Position numbers and translations under genes: made by a program. DNA of 64,000 bases, from the NCBI GenBank assembly GCA_049472315.1, contig JBLIRN010000001.1, forward strand, positions 96,001-160,000, given 5' to 3'. This DNA comes from a bacterium (lineage in GTDB: Bacteria; SZUA-182; DTGQ01; JAFGSM01). This document shows positions 8,364-19,086 of this stretch, piece by piece. Every line of letters begins with the position of its first letter. Position 1 is the first letter of the stretch. Under the pieces are notes generated by a model. The model was not told the origin of the DNA, did not search any database, and was given only the letters and a program-made list of their open reading frames with translations.

Positions 8364-10769
8364 TCATTCCAGTTCCTCGGTGTAATCACATTCCTTGCGG
8401 CCACATTTTTTCTTGGGTCTTTTTCCGTTTGTCTCGAGCATAATCGGGTATCCACACTTGGGGCAGGCAACCGGTATCGGTTTCTCCCAGCAGGCAAAAT
8501 CGCACTCGGGATATGTGCTGCAACTGTAAAAGACCCGACCATGCTTGGAACGTCGTTCCACCAATTCCCCTTGGCATCCCTCCCTGGGGCAGGGGACGCC
8601 GATACCCAAGGGTTTGACGAATTTGCATTTCGGATAATTCGAACAGGACATAAATCGGCCATACCTGCCGTTCTTTATGACCATGGGGCTGCCGCACTTT
8701 TCACATTTTTCCTCGGTGGGCTCGGCCTCCTGTGCGCCTGTGCCCGACTTGTTGAGGGAGACGATATTCTTGCATTCCGGATATCCGCTGCACCCGAGAA
8801 AGGCGCCATAGCGGCCGTGCTTGACCACCATATCCCGGCCGCATTTTTCGCACTTCCTGGAGGCGGGCTCGGGTTCGACGATGGAGATTTCGCCGTTTTC
8901 GGTTCTCCTGAATTCCTTTGTGGTTTTGCATGCGGGGTACCGCGAACAGGACAGAAACTGCCCGTTGCGTCCCCAGCGGATCACCATAGGTGATCCGCAC
9001 GATTCACAGGTGAGGTCGGTTTTGATCCCTTCGTGTTTCACGTCCTTCATCTCATGTTTCGCCTTGTCGAGGGCTTGGTGGAAGGCATCATAAAAGGCAT
9101 CGAGGATCTTGACCCAGTCCTCCCTCCCATCCTCTATCTGATCCAGGCGATCCTCCATCAAAGCGGTGAACTTGACATTGAGAATCTCAGGAAAATTCTC
9201 CACCAGAAGATCGGTGATTATAAATCCGAGCTCGGTCGGATGAAGCTGTCGGTCCTTGCCCACCACGTATTCCCTGTTGAGGATGGTGCCAAGGATGGTG
9301 GCATAGGTGCTCGGTCGCCCTATCCCCTTTTCCTCCATCTCCTTGATCAGGGTCGCCTCGGTGTATCGGGGAGGCGGCTGGGTGAAGTGCTGCTTGGGAA
9401 TAAGCTCCTTGAGCGAAAGGCGCTCTCCTTCCTTAAGGGCAGGGAGGGGATTCATGTCCTCCCGTTCCTGGCCTTCCTCTCCGTTCTGCGCAGGGCCCTT
9501 TGTTTTCTGAGGAAAAAGCTTCAGGAAGCCGTCAAATTTCATGGTTGACCCGGATGCCCGCAGGGTGTAATCCCCCGCCTGCACATCAACGGTGGTAACA
9601 TCGAAAACGGCGTCGGACATCTGACAGGCAATAAAGCGTCTCCATATCAAGGAATAAAGTGCGTATTCATCGGCTCCCAGATACTGGCGTACCGATTGAG
9701 GGTCTCTCGCAGCAGAGGTGGGGCGAATCGCCTCGTGCGCCTCCTGCGCGCCCTTTCTGCTCTTGTATGCAATGGATTTCGACGGGCAGTAATCATCTCC
9801 GAACCCCTCCTTGATAAGCCGTCTGGCCTCGTCCACCGCCTCGTGGGCGAGCCTGGTGGAGTCCGTCCTCATGTAGGTGATGAGGCCCACGATTCCCTCG
9901 GCTCCGATGTCCTTGCCTTCATAGAGCCCCTGGGCAACGGACATGGTCTTTTTGGCGGAGAATCGAAACGCGCGTGAGGCCTCCTGCTGAAGGGTGCTGG
10001 TGATAAAGGGAGGAAGGGGATGCTTCCGCTGCTCTCGGGTGACAACCTTTTTAACGGTATAGGTTGCCTGCCTCAGCGCCTTCAGGATCGTATCCGCATG
10101 ATCCTTGTCCGGTATGGAAAGCTTCTTCCCCTTGTGTTGATGCACCTTCGCAGAAAACGGCGGCGGGGTCTCTCCCTCAAGAAGGGCATCAATGCTCCAG
10201 TATTCCTCAGGCACAAAGGCGGTTATTTCCCTCTCCCGTTCACAGATGAGGCGTACCGCCACCGACTGGACCCGTCCTGCGCTAAGCCCCCACTTTACCT
10301 TTTCCCAGAGTATGGGGCTGATCTGATACCCCACCAGACGATCCAGAATCCGTCTGGCCTGCTGCGCATTCACCTTGTTGAGGTCGATCCGCTGGGGGCT
10401 TTCCAGCCCCTTTTGAATCCCCATCTTGGTAAACTCGTTGAACATGACCCTGTAGATCCTGTCCTTAGGGATATCCAGCTCATTGGCAATATGCCACCCG
10501 ATCGCTTCACCCTCCCGGTCGGGGTCAGGGGCGAGAAGGATCTTCTCGGCATTGCGAGCCGTACTCTTTATCTCGCTGAGGATCTTGGCCTTGCCGCGTA
10601 TGGTGATGTATTCAGGGTGAAACCCTTTTTGGATGTCCACACCCAGCCTGTTCTTCGGCAGGTCCTTGATGTGGCCCACGGATGCCTTGATAAGATACCT
10701 GGAGCCGAGAAACTTTTTTAATGTTTTTACCTTGGTAGGAGACTCGACTATTATAAGAGCTTGTCCCAT
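8364..10769 (-). CDS. topA: DNA topoisomerase I with C-terminal zinc ribbons
   Basis: IVESPTK, DPDREGE, SAGRVQS, ITYMRTDS, HEAIRPT, GIGRPSTY; five Cys4 ribbons. Confidence 0.97.
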   Translation of the reverse strand: MGQALIIVESPTKVKTLKKFLGSRYLIKASVGHIKDLPKNRLGVDIQKGFHPEYITIRGKAKILSEIKSTARNAEKILLAPDPDREGEAIGWHIANELDIPKDRIYRVMFNEFTKMGIQKGLESPQRIDLNKVNAQQARRILDRLVGYQISPILWEKVKWGLSAGRVQSVAVRLICEREREITAFVPEEYWSIDALLEGETPPPFSAKVHQHKGKKLSIPDKDHADTILKALRQATYTVKKVVTREQRKHPLPPFITSTLQQEASRAFRFSAKKTMSVAQGLYEGKDIGAEGIVGLITYMRTDSTRLAHEAVDEARRLIKEGFGDDYCPSKSIAYKSRKGAQEAHEAIRPTSAARDPQSVRQYLGADEYALYSLIWRRFIACQMSDAVFDVTTVDVQAGDYTLRASGSTMKFDGFLKLFPQKTKGPAQNGEEGQEREDMNPLPALKEGERLSLKELIPKQHFTQPPPRYTEATLIKEMEEKGIGRPSTYATILGTILNREYVVGKDRQLHPTELGFIITDLLVENFPEILNVKFTALMEDRLDQIEDGREDWVKILDAFYDAFHQALDKAKHEMKDVKHEGIKTDLTCESCGSPMVIRWGRNGQFLSCSRYPACKTTKEFRRTENGEISIVEPEPASRKCEKCGRDMVVKHGRYGAFLGCSGYPECKNIVSLNKSGTGAQEAEPTEEKCEKCGSPMVIKNGRYGRFMSCSNYPKCKFVKPLGIGVPCPREGCQGELVERRSKHGRVFYSCSTYPECDFACWEKPIPVACPKCGYPIMLETNGKRPKKKCGRKECDYTEELE

Positions 10770-10814
10770 GATATCATTCACTTCCTTTAGGGACGACACA
10801 ATCTGCGTGCGCCG

Positions 10815-11909
10815 CTAACCCCTTACATACATGTTACCGGGAAGCTTGGTAACCATTCCCTTCATTTCAAGATGGACCAACCGCGATCCCAACTGCCGCG
10901 CAGGGAGCCCGGTCTTTTCAACGAGTGCATCGATATGCTGGGGAGTACCGGTGAGTGCCGACAATACCGGATCACTCTCATCGCCCTTCTCGGACGGCCT
11001 GCGGACAGGACGCGCCTCCCGCGCCATAAGCGGACCGAGGTGCGGCCCCAGTTCCTCGAATATGTCCTCGACATGATCCGCCAGGCTCGCCCCCTGCTTA
11101 ATAAGGCCGTTCGTACCCTTGCTCACCGGCGAATTGATGGGGCCGGGTACCGCAAAGACCTCCCTGCCCTGTTCGAGGGCAAGTCGAGCGGTGATGAGGG
11201 CGCCGCTCACCTCTCCTGCCTCCACAACCATGGTCCCCAATGCCAACCCGCTGATTATCCGGTTTCGCATCGGGAAATTCTGTTGAAGCGGGGCAGTGCC
11301 CATGGGAAACTCCGAGATCACCGCACCGTTTTCCACGATGGACTCGACCAGCGCCTTGTTCTCCCTGGGATATACCCGATCCATGCCGCTTCCCAGAACG
11401 GCAATGGTCCTTCCCCCTCCCTTCAACGCCCCCCGATGTGCCTTGGTATCGATCCCTCGCGCGAGCCCGCTCACGATTGTTATGCCCCGGCAGGCCAGTT
11501 GCTCCGCAAAATCCTCCGCCACGGTCTTTCCGTAAGTGGTCGGACGCCTCGATCCGACGATCGCCACGCTCATCTTATCATCGGGAATAATGCGCCCCTT
11601 TATGTACAAGGCCAGGGGAGGATCGAATATCTGGCTAAGGGATTCCGGGTAGTCAGGGTCTTCAATGGTCAAAAAATCCACCTTATGCGTGGCCATGAGG
11701 TCCTTTTCCTTTTTGACTGCCTTTTCAGCCCGAAAAGAGGCTACATTCTTTGCCAACGTGGGGGTCACCCCCTCAACCTTTGAGAGTTGCTCGGCCGAGG
11801 CCTTCAGCACCATATCAACGGAACCAAAAACCTGACACAGCCTCCGAACCACGGAAATGTTCATGCCGGGTATGAGATTTAATGCCAACCAAGAATCCCT
11901 TGAGTCCAT
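10815..11909 (-). CDS. dprA: DNA-protecting protein DprA
   Basis: AIVGSR, SGLARGID, FPMRNRIISGL, GREVFAVPG; typical dprA-topA linkage. Confidence 0.95.
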   Translation of the reverse strand: MDSRDSWLALNLIPGMNISVVRRLCQVFGSVDMVLKASAEQLSKVEGVTPTLAKNVASFRAEKAVKKEKDLMATHKVDFLTIEDPDYPESLSQIFDPPLALYIKGRIIPDDKMSVAIVGSRRPTTYGKTVAEDFAEQLACRGITIVSGLARGIDTKAHRGALKGGGRTIAVLGSGMDRVYPRENKALVESIVENGAVISEFPMGTAPLQQNFPMRNRIISGLALGTMVVEAGEVSGALITARLALEQGREVFAVPGPINSPVSKGTNGLIKQGASLADHVEDIFEELGPHLGPLMAREARPVRRPSEKGDESDPVLSALTGTPQHIDALVEKTGLPARQLGSRLVHLEMKGMVTKLPGNMYVRG

Positions 11910-12466
11910 AGTTATCCTTCCATCCCATAAAATAATAAATAAATGGCGCCCCTGCAATAGGGCACGGTCCTCCGCACGATAATGAATTTTATCTCTTTAT
12001 CGGCAAATGGGCCGCACATCCATTCCCCTATCCTAATAAAGGGAGCAATTATATCAATTTTATCGACAAAAAAGAAAGGCGCTATCACCATAGCCCGCTC
12101 GCCACCATGTCTTCACGAGGGCCTTTCCCCCGATCCTCCCGATCAGACAAGCCGGGAAGGTATTGCCCCATCAGGCGGATATATGCACGGTCTCATTTTT
12201 ACACACAGGCAGTATACGACATTACGATACCTCATGGAAGGCAATATCACAATATGCAAAAAATTTACAAAAGGCCTCCCATTTCGCTTCGTACAAAGGA
12301 CTGCCCGCAATCCCGGCGACCACTCATTATATATATCTATTTTTCTTTTTTATTATTGGATTTCCTATCGCCATGTGCGGTCGAGGTTTCGTCCATCAAA
12401 ATGGACAGTGTATGTTGGCAGAAAGAGGACATTTCTGTTTTGGTTTGACATAGCAATATGATTTTC

Positions 12467-12495
12467 TTGACTTTCTGCCCAATTCACTATACAAT
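12467..12495 (+). promoter_or_regulatory. sigma70-type promoter of the two-component pair
   Basis: TTGACT-17 bp-TACAAT. Confidence 0.6.
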
Positions 12496-12524
12496 TTGTG
12501 TGGCTTCCCCTGTTGAGGTGCCCG

Positions 12525-12938
12525 ATGACATCCTATACAATTTTAATCGTGGACAGCGAAAAACCAGTGACAAACGCCTTGAAGAGGGTTCTGTGGAAGG
12601 AAGGGTACCGCATCCTGACCGCTCACTGCGGCAGCGAGGCCCTCGCCAAGGCAGAGGCCTTCGGGTGTCATCTCGTGCTGTCCGATTACCGGTTACCGGA
12701 CATACAGGGCATCGACCTGCTGAACCTGATCAGGGAACGGCAGCCTCGCACCATCCGGTTACTCATCACCTCCCAGATCGATCTTGATCAATTGATGTGT
12801 GAGGCAAAAAAGGGTGGGATCAGTCGTTTCATCACCAAACCATGGGAGCCCCAGGAACTGAAGGACATTATTCGAGAGGCGCTCAAGGATTACGACCACA
12901 AGGCCACGGAAGACCCAGCCGAAAAAAGAGATGAATAG
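12525..12938 (+). CDS. Single-domain response regulator (receiver)
   Basis: ILIVDSE, LVLSDYRLP, LLITS, FITKPW; GAGGTG RBS. Confidence 0.88.
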   Translation: MTSYTILIVDSEKPVTNALKRVLWKEGYRILTAHCGSEALAKAEAFGCHLVLSDYRLPDIQGIDLLNLIRERQPRTIRLLITSQIDLDQLMCEAKKGGISRFITKPWEPQELKDIIREALKDYDHKATEDPAEKRDE

Positions 12939-12967
12939 CCCTCGGTCTTGTAAGGGGATATGATTCG

Positions 12968-14917
12968 ATGACCCCGCAACACAAAGCGTTTGATGAGCAT
13001 AGGGAAGGCACGCCGGGGGTACGTGTTTCCATCCGGCGAATCCTCTCAATATCAATCATCTGCCTGATCCTCTTCATATCGGCGGGTAGTTATATCCTCT
13101 TTTTGCGACTTCATTCGAAGACAATCGAGCACGTCATACGATCAAAGGGGATATTCGTGACGCGCATATTGAACAGGGAATCCCTCCCCCACCTCGCCGC
13201 CCATGAATACGATCCTGTACAGGGATATGTCAAGGACCTGACCATCGACGAGGACGTCCTCTATGCCGCGGTCCTGGACGCGGATGGCCGCGTCATCGCG
13301 GAGGCCCCTGCCGGTTTTCGCCACGGATCAACACCGGATATCGGCAATATCTCGTCCGCTCCGCTCCTGACCCCCTTCTTCGATGAAGAGGGCAGAAGAG
13401 AGGGGTATACGGTAACGATGGGTATCGTGTCCGCCGACGGCCTGATCGGCATGAGCACAACCATTGTCTCCTTCCGCACGGTGCACCGGGACCTGTCCAC
13501 CCTGAGGAATGAAATCCTTTTCCTGATCGGGTTCATCGCCCTGATCGGGGTGGTACTATCCCTTTTCCTTTCGAAATCCATTACAAGGCCGATCCTCGAC
13601 CTGATCAAGGCATCCGGAAGGATCCGTGAGGGAGCCTCCGAGGTGGGGTCCCCTACCGCATCAAGAACCGAGATCGGACTCCTGGCCCGGTTCTTTGTGG
13701 AGATGGCCGGCAGTATCCGTCAGTACCGGGAGCGAATCCTCAACCAGAACAATGAAATCAAGGCGATAATCGACAGCATGGGAAGCGGCCTGTTCACTAT
13801 CGACAGGGAATGGCGCATAACCTCCTTTAACAGGGCTGCCGAGCGCATCACGGGATTTAAGGAGGAGGAGGTACTGGGGAAAAAATGCGAAGAGGTGTTC
13901 CACAGTGAGGCGTGCACCAACGAATGCCCCATGGAGAAGGCCCTCCAGGCAGATGCCTGTATCCTCAGCCATGATTTTTACGTTAAGAACAAGCAGGGTA
14001 AACGGATCCCCATCAACGCAAGCGCCTCGCCCCTGAAGGACGAATCAGGAAGGGTTATCGGAGCGGTGGAGGTGTTCAAGGATTTGACGGAGCTCAAGGA
14101 TCTCCAGAAGCAACTCATCCAGGCGGACAAGATGGCGGCACTGGGGCAAATGATCTCGGGGATCGCCCATGATATCAATAATCCCACCGGCGTCATCCAT
14201 AGCAATATCATCGCCCTCTCCGAATACATGGAGGTGATACGAAACCTGCTCGCCAAATACCACGCCGTCTCTCAAGAGGACTCAAAAGAGAAACGGGATG
14301 CCCTGTTCGAGGAGATCAAAGGCTATGAAGAACAGTCCGATATCGATTACATCCTCGAAGACCTCGATTGCCTTGTGGAGGAGAGCAAGGAGGCGGCAAA
14401 AAGGATCACCCATATCGTCAGGGACCTCAGGAACTTCATCCACATCGATGTCGGGCAGCTCCAGATGACCGACCTGAACCAAAGGCTGGATGCCTGCCTG
14501 AAGCTCATCAAGTTCAACCAGACAATTACGGTGGTCAGGGATTACGCTGAACTGCCGCCGGTGTATTGTAATGCCCAGCAGATCGATCAGATCTTCACCA
14601 ATATCCTTCTCAATGCCTCCCAGGCATTGGGAGACAAAGGCGAAATCAGGATCACCACCTCCGGCATCGATGGACGGGTAAGGGTCTCCATTCGAGACAA
14701 CGGCCCCGGGATACCCGAGGACATACTCCCCAAGATCTTTGACCCCTTCTTCACGACAAAGGAGATCGGAGAGGGGACAGGCCTCGGCCTGAGTATCTGT
14801 TTCAGGATTGTCACCAGCCACGGAGGAAAGATTTGGGTGGAAAGCGAACCCGAAAACTGGACCGAATTCTTTGTGGAGCTTCCGGTGACCCCGCAGGAGA
14901 CCTTCATTATCAAGTAG
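12968..14917 (+). CDS. Membrane sensor histidine kinase (2 TM, HAMP, PAS, HisKA, HATPase)
   Basis: IAHDINNP H-box, NILLNA, DNGPGI, FDPFFTTK, GTGLGL. Confidence 0.93.
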   Translation: MTPQHKAFDEHREGTPGVRVSIRRILSISIICLILFISAGSYILFLRLHSKTIEHVIRSKGIFVTRILNRESLPHLAAHEYDPVQGYVKDLTIDEDVLYAAVLDADGRVIAEAPAGFRHGSTPDIGNISSAPLLTPFFDEEGRREGYTVTMGIVSADGLIGMSTTIVSFRTVHRDLSTLRNEILFLIGFIALIGVVLSLFLSKSITRPILDLIKASGRIREGASEVGSPTASRTEIGLLARFFVEMAGSIRQYRERILNQNNEIKAIIDSMGSGLFTIDREWRITSFNRAAERITGFKEEEVLGKKCEEVFHSEACTNECPMEKALQADACILSHDFYVKNKQGKRIPINASASPLKDESGRVIGAVEVFKDLTELKDLQKQLIQADKMAALGQMISGIAHDINNPTGVIHSNIIALSEYMEVIRNLLAKYHAVSQEDSKEKRDALFEEIKGYEEQSDIDYILEDLDCLVEESKEAAKRITHIVRDLRNFIHIDVGQLQMTDLNQRLDACLKLIKFNQTITVVRDYAELPPVYCNAQQIDQIFTNILLNASQALGDKGEIRITTSGIDGRVRVSIRDNGPGIPEDILPKIFDPFFTTKEIGEGTGLGLSICFRIVTSHGGKIWVESEPENWTEFFVELPVTPQETFIIK

Positions 14918-14929
14918 GTGCGCGAGGTA

Positions 14930-15838
14930 TTATGCCCGGGGGTGGTGGCGGTTATACACCTGCCTGATCCTCTCCATAGTGACGTGGGTATAAATCTGCG
15001 TGGTGGCGATATCCGAATGGCCGAGGAGTATCTGCACAACCCGCAGGTTTGCTCCGTTTTCGAGAAGATGGGTTGCAAAGGAGTGACGCAGGGTGTGGGG
15101 GGTTACCTCCGGCGGAAGCCCCGCATTGAACGCATATTGCTTGAGGATCTTCCATGCCCCCTGCCGTGTCATGGCGCCTCCCATCCGGGATACGATCAGG
15201 TGCCCTCCCTTGTTTGCCCGGGCCAATCGAGGTCTTCCCCGTGCCAAATACTCCTCCAACCAATGGAGTGCCTCATGCCCGAGGGGGATCACCCGCTGTT
15301 TTCCCCCCTTTCCCGTACAGATGCAGAAACCCGATTGAAGGTTCAGATCCTCAAGGCATACCTGCAGGGCCTCCGTTATCCGCATACCGGTCGCGTACAA
15401 AAGTTCGAGGAGGGCCTTGTCCCGAAGGCCCTGGGGGGTCGTCACATCCGGTTGGCTCAAAAGGGTCTCTGTCTGTTCATAGGTGAGTACCATTGGAATA
15501 CGCCTCCATAACCGCGGCATGGACATGAGGCGGGTGGGGTTTTTCTTGAGGATCCCCCTCCTGGTCAAAAAGGCATAAAAATGACGAATGGAGGAGAGGT
15601 GGCGCGCCCTGGTGCGGTGAGAGAGTCCTTGTTCCTTGAGACGGCCGAGATGGTCGAGGATGTGCTCCGTACACGACTGCTCGATGCATGGTATGCCCGC
15701 GTGCCGCATATAGTGAAGGTAGCATCGCAGGTCATGCTCGTAGGCGGCAATGCTGTTTTCAGCCAACCCCCTTTCGGTGACCAGGTAGGTGAGAAAGGTA
15801 TCGAGAAGCCCTTCCACGGGGGAATCAGAAGAAGCCAT
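14930..15838 (-). CDS. xerD: Site-specific tyrosine recombinase XerD
   Basis: RDKALLELLYATGMR, GKGGKQR, HTLRHSFATHLL, LGHSDIATTQIYTHV, HHPRA end. Confidence 0.93.
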   Translation of the reverse strand: MASSDSPVEGLLDTFLTYLVTERGLAENSIAAYEHDLRCYLHYMRHAGIPCIEQSCTEHILDHLGRLKEQGLSHRTRARHLSSIRHFYAFLTRRGILKKNPTRLMSMPRLWRRIPMVLTYEQTETLLSQPDVTTPQGLRDKALLELLYATGMRITEALQVCLEDLNLQSGFCICTGKGGKQRVIPLGHEALHWLEEYLARGRPRLARANKGGHLIVSRMGGAMTRQGAWKILKQYAFNAGLPPEVTPHTLRHSFATHLLENGANLRVVQILLGHSDIATTQIYTHVTMERIRQVYNRHHPRA

Positions 15839-16472
15839 GGGCCTTCTCTTCACCGAGCACGGAGGGTTCACCATGCCCGGGAAGAAGGATCAATTCGTCC
15901 GGCAGCGTCCACAGACGATTTTGAATGGAATGAACAAGGGCATTATAACTGCCGCCGGAGAAATCGGTACGGCCCACCCCTTGTCTGAAAAGGGTATCGC
16001 CGGAAAAAAGCAGCGGAGGACACAGGAGGCAGATACTTCCCGGGGTATGCCCGGGCGTATGGATCACCTCCAGGGTATAGGTGCCGATTCGAATCACGTC
16101 CCCATCATTGAGTGCCCTTTCGGGTTTAAACGGCGTATACCCCCCACCGAAAAATCCCTTCAGCAGCGGGTCAGGTTCGAGAAACACGGGGATCTCATCC
16201 GCATGGCAGGCAACCGGCACACCCCATCGTTCGGCGAGCTCGGGTATGGCCATGATATGGTCCAGGTGTCCGTGGGTGGCAATAATGAGCGTGGGTACGA
16301 GCCCCTCCTGCTCGAGGAATTGTGTAATCTCCAGAGCATTACCCCCCGGATCGATGATAACGACCTTCCTCTCCTCGATGCTTCCCACAATGTAACAATT
16401 CACCCCTAATGGCCCGCATGGCAGTGTCTTGATGAGCGCATGGCCGTCCTGCATGATTCCTTCAGCTGCCAT
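15825..16472 (-). CDS. MBL-fold metallo-hydrolase (glyoxalase II-like)
   Basis: THGHLDH, HTPGHTPGS, FSGDTLF, GRTD, PGHG. Confidence 0.9.
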   Translation of the reverse strand: MAAEGIMQDGHALIKTLPCGPLGVNCYIVGSIEERKVVIIDPGGNALEITQFLEQEGLVPTLIIATHGHLDHIMAIPELAERWGVPVACHADEIPVFLEPDPLLKGFFGGGYTPFKPERALNDGDVIRIGTYTLEVIHTPGHTPGSICLLCPPLLFSGDTLFRQGVGRTDFSGGSYNALVHSIQNRLWTLPDELILLPGHGEPSVLGEEKAHGFF

Positions 16473-16634
16473 TATTCGATACCCCTTTCATTCGAGAAAC
16501 CACCTGATATATCCTCGGTCAACTCTCATTGCGACGGTACACCCTCATGGGCAGACATGTTTACGGAGCGACAAACGATTCAAGGCGAGAATTGCTGCAT
16601 CGCGCCAGTCATCGTAATCCCGGACGCTGCCGGC

Positions 16635-17102
16635 TCACTCGTCGGCATTCCCTATGCCCTTGGGCGCCCGATCCAGGATAAGGGTGACCGGTCCCTCATT
16701 GCAGATATTCACCATCATATGGGCCTGAAAACGGCCGGTTTCCACGACGAGCCCCGTTGTCCGCGCCAGGGCCACAAAATGATCGTAGAGTTTTTCCGCC
16801 ACATCCGGCGGTGCCGCTGCATCGAATCCCGGTCTTCTCCCCTTGCGGCAATCGCCGAGGAGGGTAAATTGTGACACGATAAGCAGTGCACCGCGAATAT
16901 CGAGGAGGGAACGATCGAACCTGCCCCGTTCATCCTCGAAGACCCTGAGGTTGCAGATCTTATCCACCAAAAAGGCAGCCCCGTCTGCGGAGTCGCCCTT
17001 GGCAATACCCAGGAATACCACCAGTCCGATCCCGATATGTCCGATCACCGCGCCATCCACCTCGACCGAGGCCTCCCTCACCCGCTGCAGCACAACCCTC
17101 AT
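16635..17102 (-). CDS. dtd: D-aminoacyl-tRNA deacylase
   Basis: MRVVLQRV, SQFTL, NEGPVT; ATGA overlap with ogt. Confidence 0.95.
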   Translation of the reverse strand: MRVVLQRVREASVEVDGAVIGHIGIGLVVFLGIAKGDSADGAAFLVDKICNLRVFEDERGRFDRSLLDIRGALLIVSQFTLLGDCRKGRRPGFDAAAPPDVAEKLYDHFVALARTTGLVVETGRFQAHMMVNICNEGPVTLILDRAPKGIGNADE

Positions 17103-17593
17103 CCCCTTTCCTCCAGTGACCTCGTTTCGAGCACAAGCAGCATCCTTTTCCAGCCGGTGCCGGACGAAAACCCGGTGAGTTGACCGTGTGCGCCGATCAC
17201 CCGGTGGCAGGGTATCACAATGGGCCAGGGATTCCCTTTCAGCGCCTGTCCGACCGCCCTCGCTGCCCCCGGAGATCCCGCGCACCGTGCAAGCTCACCA
17301 TAGCTCATGGTCTCGCCGTATGGTATACGGCCTGCAAGTTCGAGGATCCATCGTTCGAAATCGGTTCGGTTCCCCCACACCAGCGGATATCCGCAGAGGT
17401 CCTCCTGGATGCCTTCAAAATACCGCGTCAGTGCTCGGGCAAGGATACCCCCGGACGGGTGCGGACCCGATACGGTGACCTTCAGCCGGGACACCACACC
17501 GTCGATGGTGTCATCCCCGCCGGGGCCCTCGCCCATAAAGGGAAGCTGCACCGAAAGGATGCCCTCGATACCTGTACGGACAACAATCTCCAT
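17099..17593 (-). CDS. ogt: Methylated-DNA--protein-cysteine methyltransferase
   Basis: IPYGETMSY, ARAVG, IPCHRV. Confidence 0.92.
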   Translation of the reverse strand: MEIVVRTGIEGILSVQLPFMGEGPGGDDTIDGVVSRLKVTVSGPHPSGGILARALTRYFEGIQEDLCGYPLVWGNRTDFERWILELAGRIPYGETMSYGELARCAGSPGAARAVGQALKGNPWPIVIPCHRVIGAHGQLTGFSSGTGWKRMLLVLETRSLEERG

Positions 17594-17636
17594 AACTCCA
17601 CCTCATTAAGATGCATGAACATCACTGTTCCCCGTC

Positions 17637-17665
17637 ATTATACCCCCTTCCCTCCATGACGACAA
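17637..17665 (-). promoter_or_regulatory. Putative sigma70 promoter for ogt-dtd-MBL-xerD
   Basis: Minus strand TTGTCG-17 bp-TATAAT. Confidence 0.45.
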
Positions 17666-17741
17666 ATCCCTGCACATCATCGGCATTGGGCGGTCGCCGT
17701 AGGGTATGTGTCAACCGTTTCATTTCTGCAGACAATTTTTT

Positions 17742-17769
17742 TTGACGAAGGGGAAAAAGGGTGTATAAT
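17742..17769 (+). promoter_or_regulatory. Putative sigma70 promoter for the CNNM gene
   Basis: TTGACG-16 bp-TATAAT. Confidence 0.55.
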
Positions 17770-17841
17770 GCGGGGATATCGAGAGGGACGCATGAATACA
17801 CAATGCCGAATCGATTATGCCCTTATGATTGAACAGCCTGT

Positions 17842-19086
17842 ATGAATACCTATCTACTGGTATGCCTGCTTTTCATCCTGTTGTTTTTTTCCGCATTCTT
17901 CTCCTGTTCCGAGACTGCCCTTATGTCCATCAATCGCCTGCGGCTCTTTCACCTCGTTCACAAGGGGGATAAAAGGGCAAAAAAGGTGAACCGGATACTG
18001 TCCAACCAGCACGCCATGCTCGGGACGATTCTGGTGGGGAACAATTTCGTGAACGTTTCCGCCTCCGTCATTGCCTCTCTTCTGGGAATTATGCTTGTCG
18101 GGCAGGAGGGATTGCTCTATGTGACCATCCTGATGACCTTTATTCTGCTCATCTTTTGCGAGATTACCCCGAAGATGTATGCGACTTCCCATGCGGAGCA
18201 GATCGCCAGCAAGGTTGCCTGGCTCATCGAAACGGCAATGTATGTGCTCAGGCCCATCGTGTGGCTGGTGGTGAGAATCTCCGATCTGCTGCTCGGCATC
18301 CTCGGGCAGAAGCGGCTCTCCGCCTCGAAGCGCCTGCTGACCAATGAGGAGATCAAGAGCGTGATCACCCTCGGTGAACAGGTAGGCGCCCTGGCGCAGA
18401 ACGAACGAAAGATGCTCCAGAGCATCCTGGAGCTCACCAATACCACGGTAAAGGATGTGATGGTGCCCCGAACGGACATGGTGGGGTTGAATATAGGTGC
18501 AACAAAGGATGAGGTGATACAAACAATAATGAAGACGGGCTTTTCGCGTTTCCCGGTGTTTCAGGACACCATTGACAACATTGTGGGGGTCATTCATTCC
18601 AAGGACCTCATCTGGGAGACCGGCACGGGTTTCTCGCTGGCCGCGATCATGAAGCGGCCCTTTTTTGTGCCTGAGTCGATGAAGATCCATCGTCTCCTGG
18701 GTGAATTCAAAAAGGGCTGGATCCATCTGGCGATCGTGGTGGATGAATACGGCGGCGTGGAGGGGATGGTCACCCTTGAGGATCTCCTGGAGGAGATCGT
18801 GGGTGAGATCAGGGACGAATTTGACGTGACCTCCGGGCCTCCCTTTCAAACCCTGCCGGACGGTGCGATCCTGGTCAACGGGAATATCACCCTCAGGGAC
18901 CTGAGGCGACACCTCAACCTCGACCTCGGGGATGAGGAGAACAAATCACTCGCCGGCCTGATCATGGAAGAACTCGGCCACATCCCGAAGCCGGGGGAAT
19001 CCCTGGAATATAAGGGGTATCACATCAGCGTCAATGCCATGAGAAGGCAGAAAATCGCGCAGGTGAAGATCAGCCTGCCTCACTGA
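17842..19086 (+). CDS. CNNM/HlyC/CorC family protein (DUF21-CBS-CorC)
   Basis: SAFFSCSETA, EITPK, VMVPR, GFSRFPV, VVDEYGG, TLEDLLEEIVGEI. Confidence 0.92.
   Translation: MNTYLLVCLLFILLFFSAFFSCSETALMSINRLRLFHLVHKGDKRAKKVNRILSNQHAMLGTILVGNNFVNVSASVIASLLGIMLVGQEGLLYVTILMTFILLIFCEITPKMYATSHAEQIASKVAWLIETAMYVLRPIVWLVVRISDLLLGILGQKRLSASKRLLTNEEIKSVITLGEQVGALAQNERKMLQSILELTNTTVKDVMVPRTDMVGLNIGATKDEVIQTIMKTGFSRFPVFQDTIDNIVGVIHSKDLIWETGTGFSLAAIMKRPFFVPESMKIHRLLGEFKKGWIHLAIVVDEYGGVEGMVTLEDLLEEIVGEIRDEFDVTSGPPFQTLPDGAILVNGNITLRDLRRHLNLDLGDEENKSLAGLIMEELGHIPKPGESLEYKGYHISVNAMRRQKIAQVKISLPH

Noticed and set aside
11982..12461. Overlapping ORFs in the dprA-response regulator spacer
   Set aside because: No recognisable motifs, AT-rich, atypical composition; probably a divergent promoter region
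14930..15838. Tyrosine recombinase as a prophage or ICE integrase
   Set aside because: Sequence is typical chromosomal XerD among housekeeping genes, with no att sites or phage genes
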